Assembly (NCBI GenBank): GCA_012295275.1
Contig: CM022665.1
Coordinates: forward strand, 32,798,001-32,862,000
DNA length: 64,000 bases
Direction: 5' to 3'
Source of the DNA: Chrysomallon squamiferum
Taxonomy: Eukaryota; Animalia; Mollusca
Position 1 is the first letter of the stretch. Each line of letters opens with the position of its first letter. A program made the translations under genes and the position numbers. Under the pieces are notes generated by a model, which did no database searches, had not been told where the DNA came from, and saw only the letters and a list, made by a program, of their open reading frames with translations. Below are positions 63,174 through 64,000 of the stretch, piece by piece.

Positions 63174-64000
63174 GGCAAGTAATTCAATTGACAAACTTCA
63201 TTACTGTGTAACATATAAATTAGAAGTTAAAATGTGAATGGTGACATATTACAGATTCAAAAAGAAATGAATCAACTTCGAACAGAGAAGGAAATCCTTG
63301 CAAAAGAAGTAGTCAAATTACAAGACATGTTAAAAACAAGAGGTGTTGAAACAACTGGACTTGACAGTTATAGTCCAAACAACCCTTCTGTGTTGCAGAG
63401 AAAGATAGGTGAGTTTTTATTTTTTTTCTCAGAAATAATACCTCACCTATCCATTTATGTATAATAAAATAACTTTTTATGTTATGTTTTCAGAAAAAGA
63501 CAAATAGGTAAACTTGCTTCAACTTATTGTAAAAAGGTTTTGTTACATAATCAAACAACCAAGGTTAAATGTTGTAGAAATTAATTTGATGAAAGTTATA
63601 AATAAATTTCTACAACAGCATTTAGAAATTAATTTACAAGTTCCATCTAAGTAATTAGACCTAGCACCACACATTTTTAAAGTTAGTGTAAATATACAAT
63701 AGAAATATTTAAATTTATGTTTGTATTTAAAAATCATTTCCCAAATTATTGCAACCATCTTAAAAGATTATTTATGAAAATAAATTTCAGTATCACTATT
63801 AACAGAGTTAAAGTAAATGTCATATTTGTTTAGTTTTTAATGTGAAGGAAATTTAAATTTTCAATCTGATGCACAGTTGACTTAGAGGGACACATCCAAG
63901 ACATGCAAGAAGTTAATGAAACTGCTGTTGCAAAACTGACCAAAGCTGAAAGACAGGTTCATGAGTTGATGGCAGAAAATGAAAAATTAAGAAATTCAAG
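61029..64000 (+). CDS. Unidentified Ser/Arg/Pro-rich plus coiled-coil protein region; join(61029..62317, 62604..62786, 63255..63408, 63877..>64000)
   Basis: 1289-nt open exon followed by three phase-consistent heptad-rich exons; runs off the window. Centrosomal/ciliary-type architecture, family not recognised. Confidence 0.85.
63099..63165. repeat. (AC)n microsatellite
   Basis: Direct reading. Confidence 0.95.

Noticed and set aside
1-64000. CRISPR arrays, tRNA/rRNA genes, telomeric arrays, selenoprotein UGA/SECIS
   Set aside because: None seen; no in-frame TGA in the assembled CDSs and no regularly spaced repeat-spacer structure.

Overview
AT-rich, microsatellite-dense eukaryotic (animal) genomic DNA with spliceosomal GT-AG introns. 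It is probably a lophotrochozoan/mollusc, but that is inference from protein style and repeat content. Three complete genes were assembled by hand with consistent splice phases: CCDC181 (- strand, 6 coding exons, 518 aa), peroxiredoxin-4 (+, 6 exons, 249 aa, head-to-head with CCDC181) and ARL13B (+, 9 exons, 550 aa). At the left end, a candidate bidirectional promoter (~1.9-2.1 kb) appears to drive an unidentified - strand coding gene and a + strand spliced transcript with no long ORF (possible snoRNA host). At the right end, an unidentified + strand locus (acidic region, small beta-sandwich-like domain, Ser/Arg/Pro-rich region, coiled coil) runs off the window; it may be one gene with several promoters or two genes. 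Mobile DNA includes a degenerate FLYWCH/MULE transposon, a ~2 kb TIR element with a perfect 9-bp TSD in PRDX4 intron 1, a LINE RNase H remnant, hAT- and mariner-type MITEs, and SINE-like remnants. I found no prokaryote-type systems (CRISPR, operons) and no unambiguous novel system; the findings are testable leads of varying strength.
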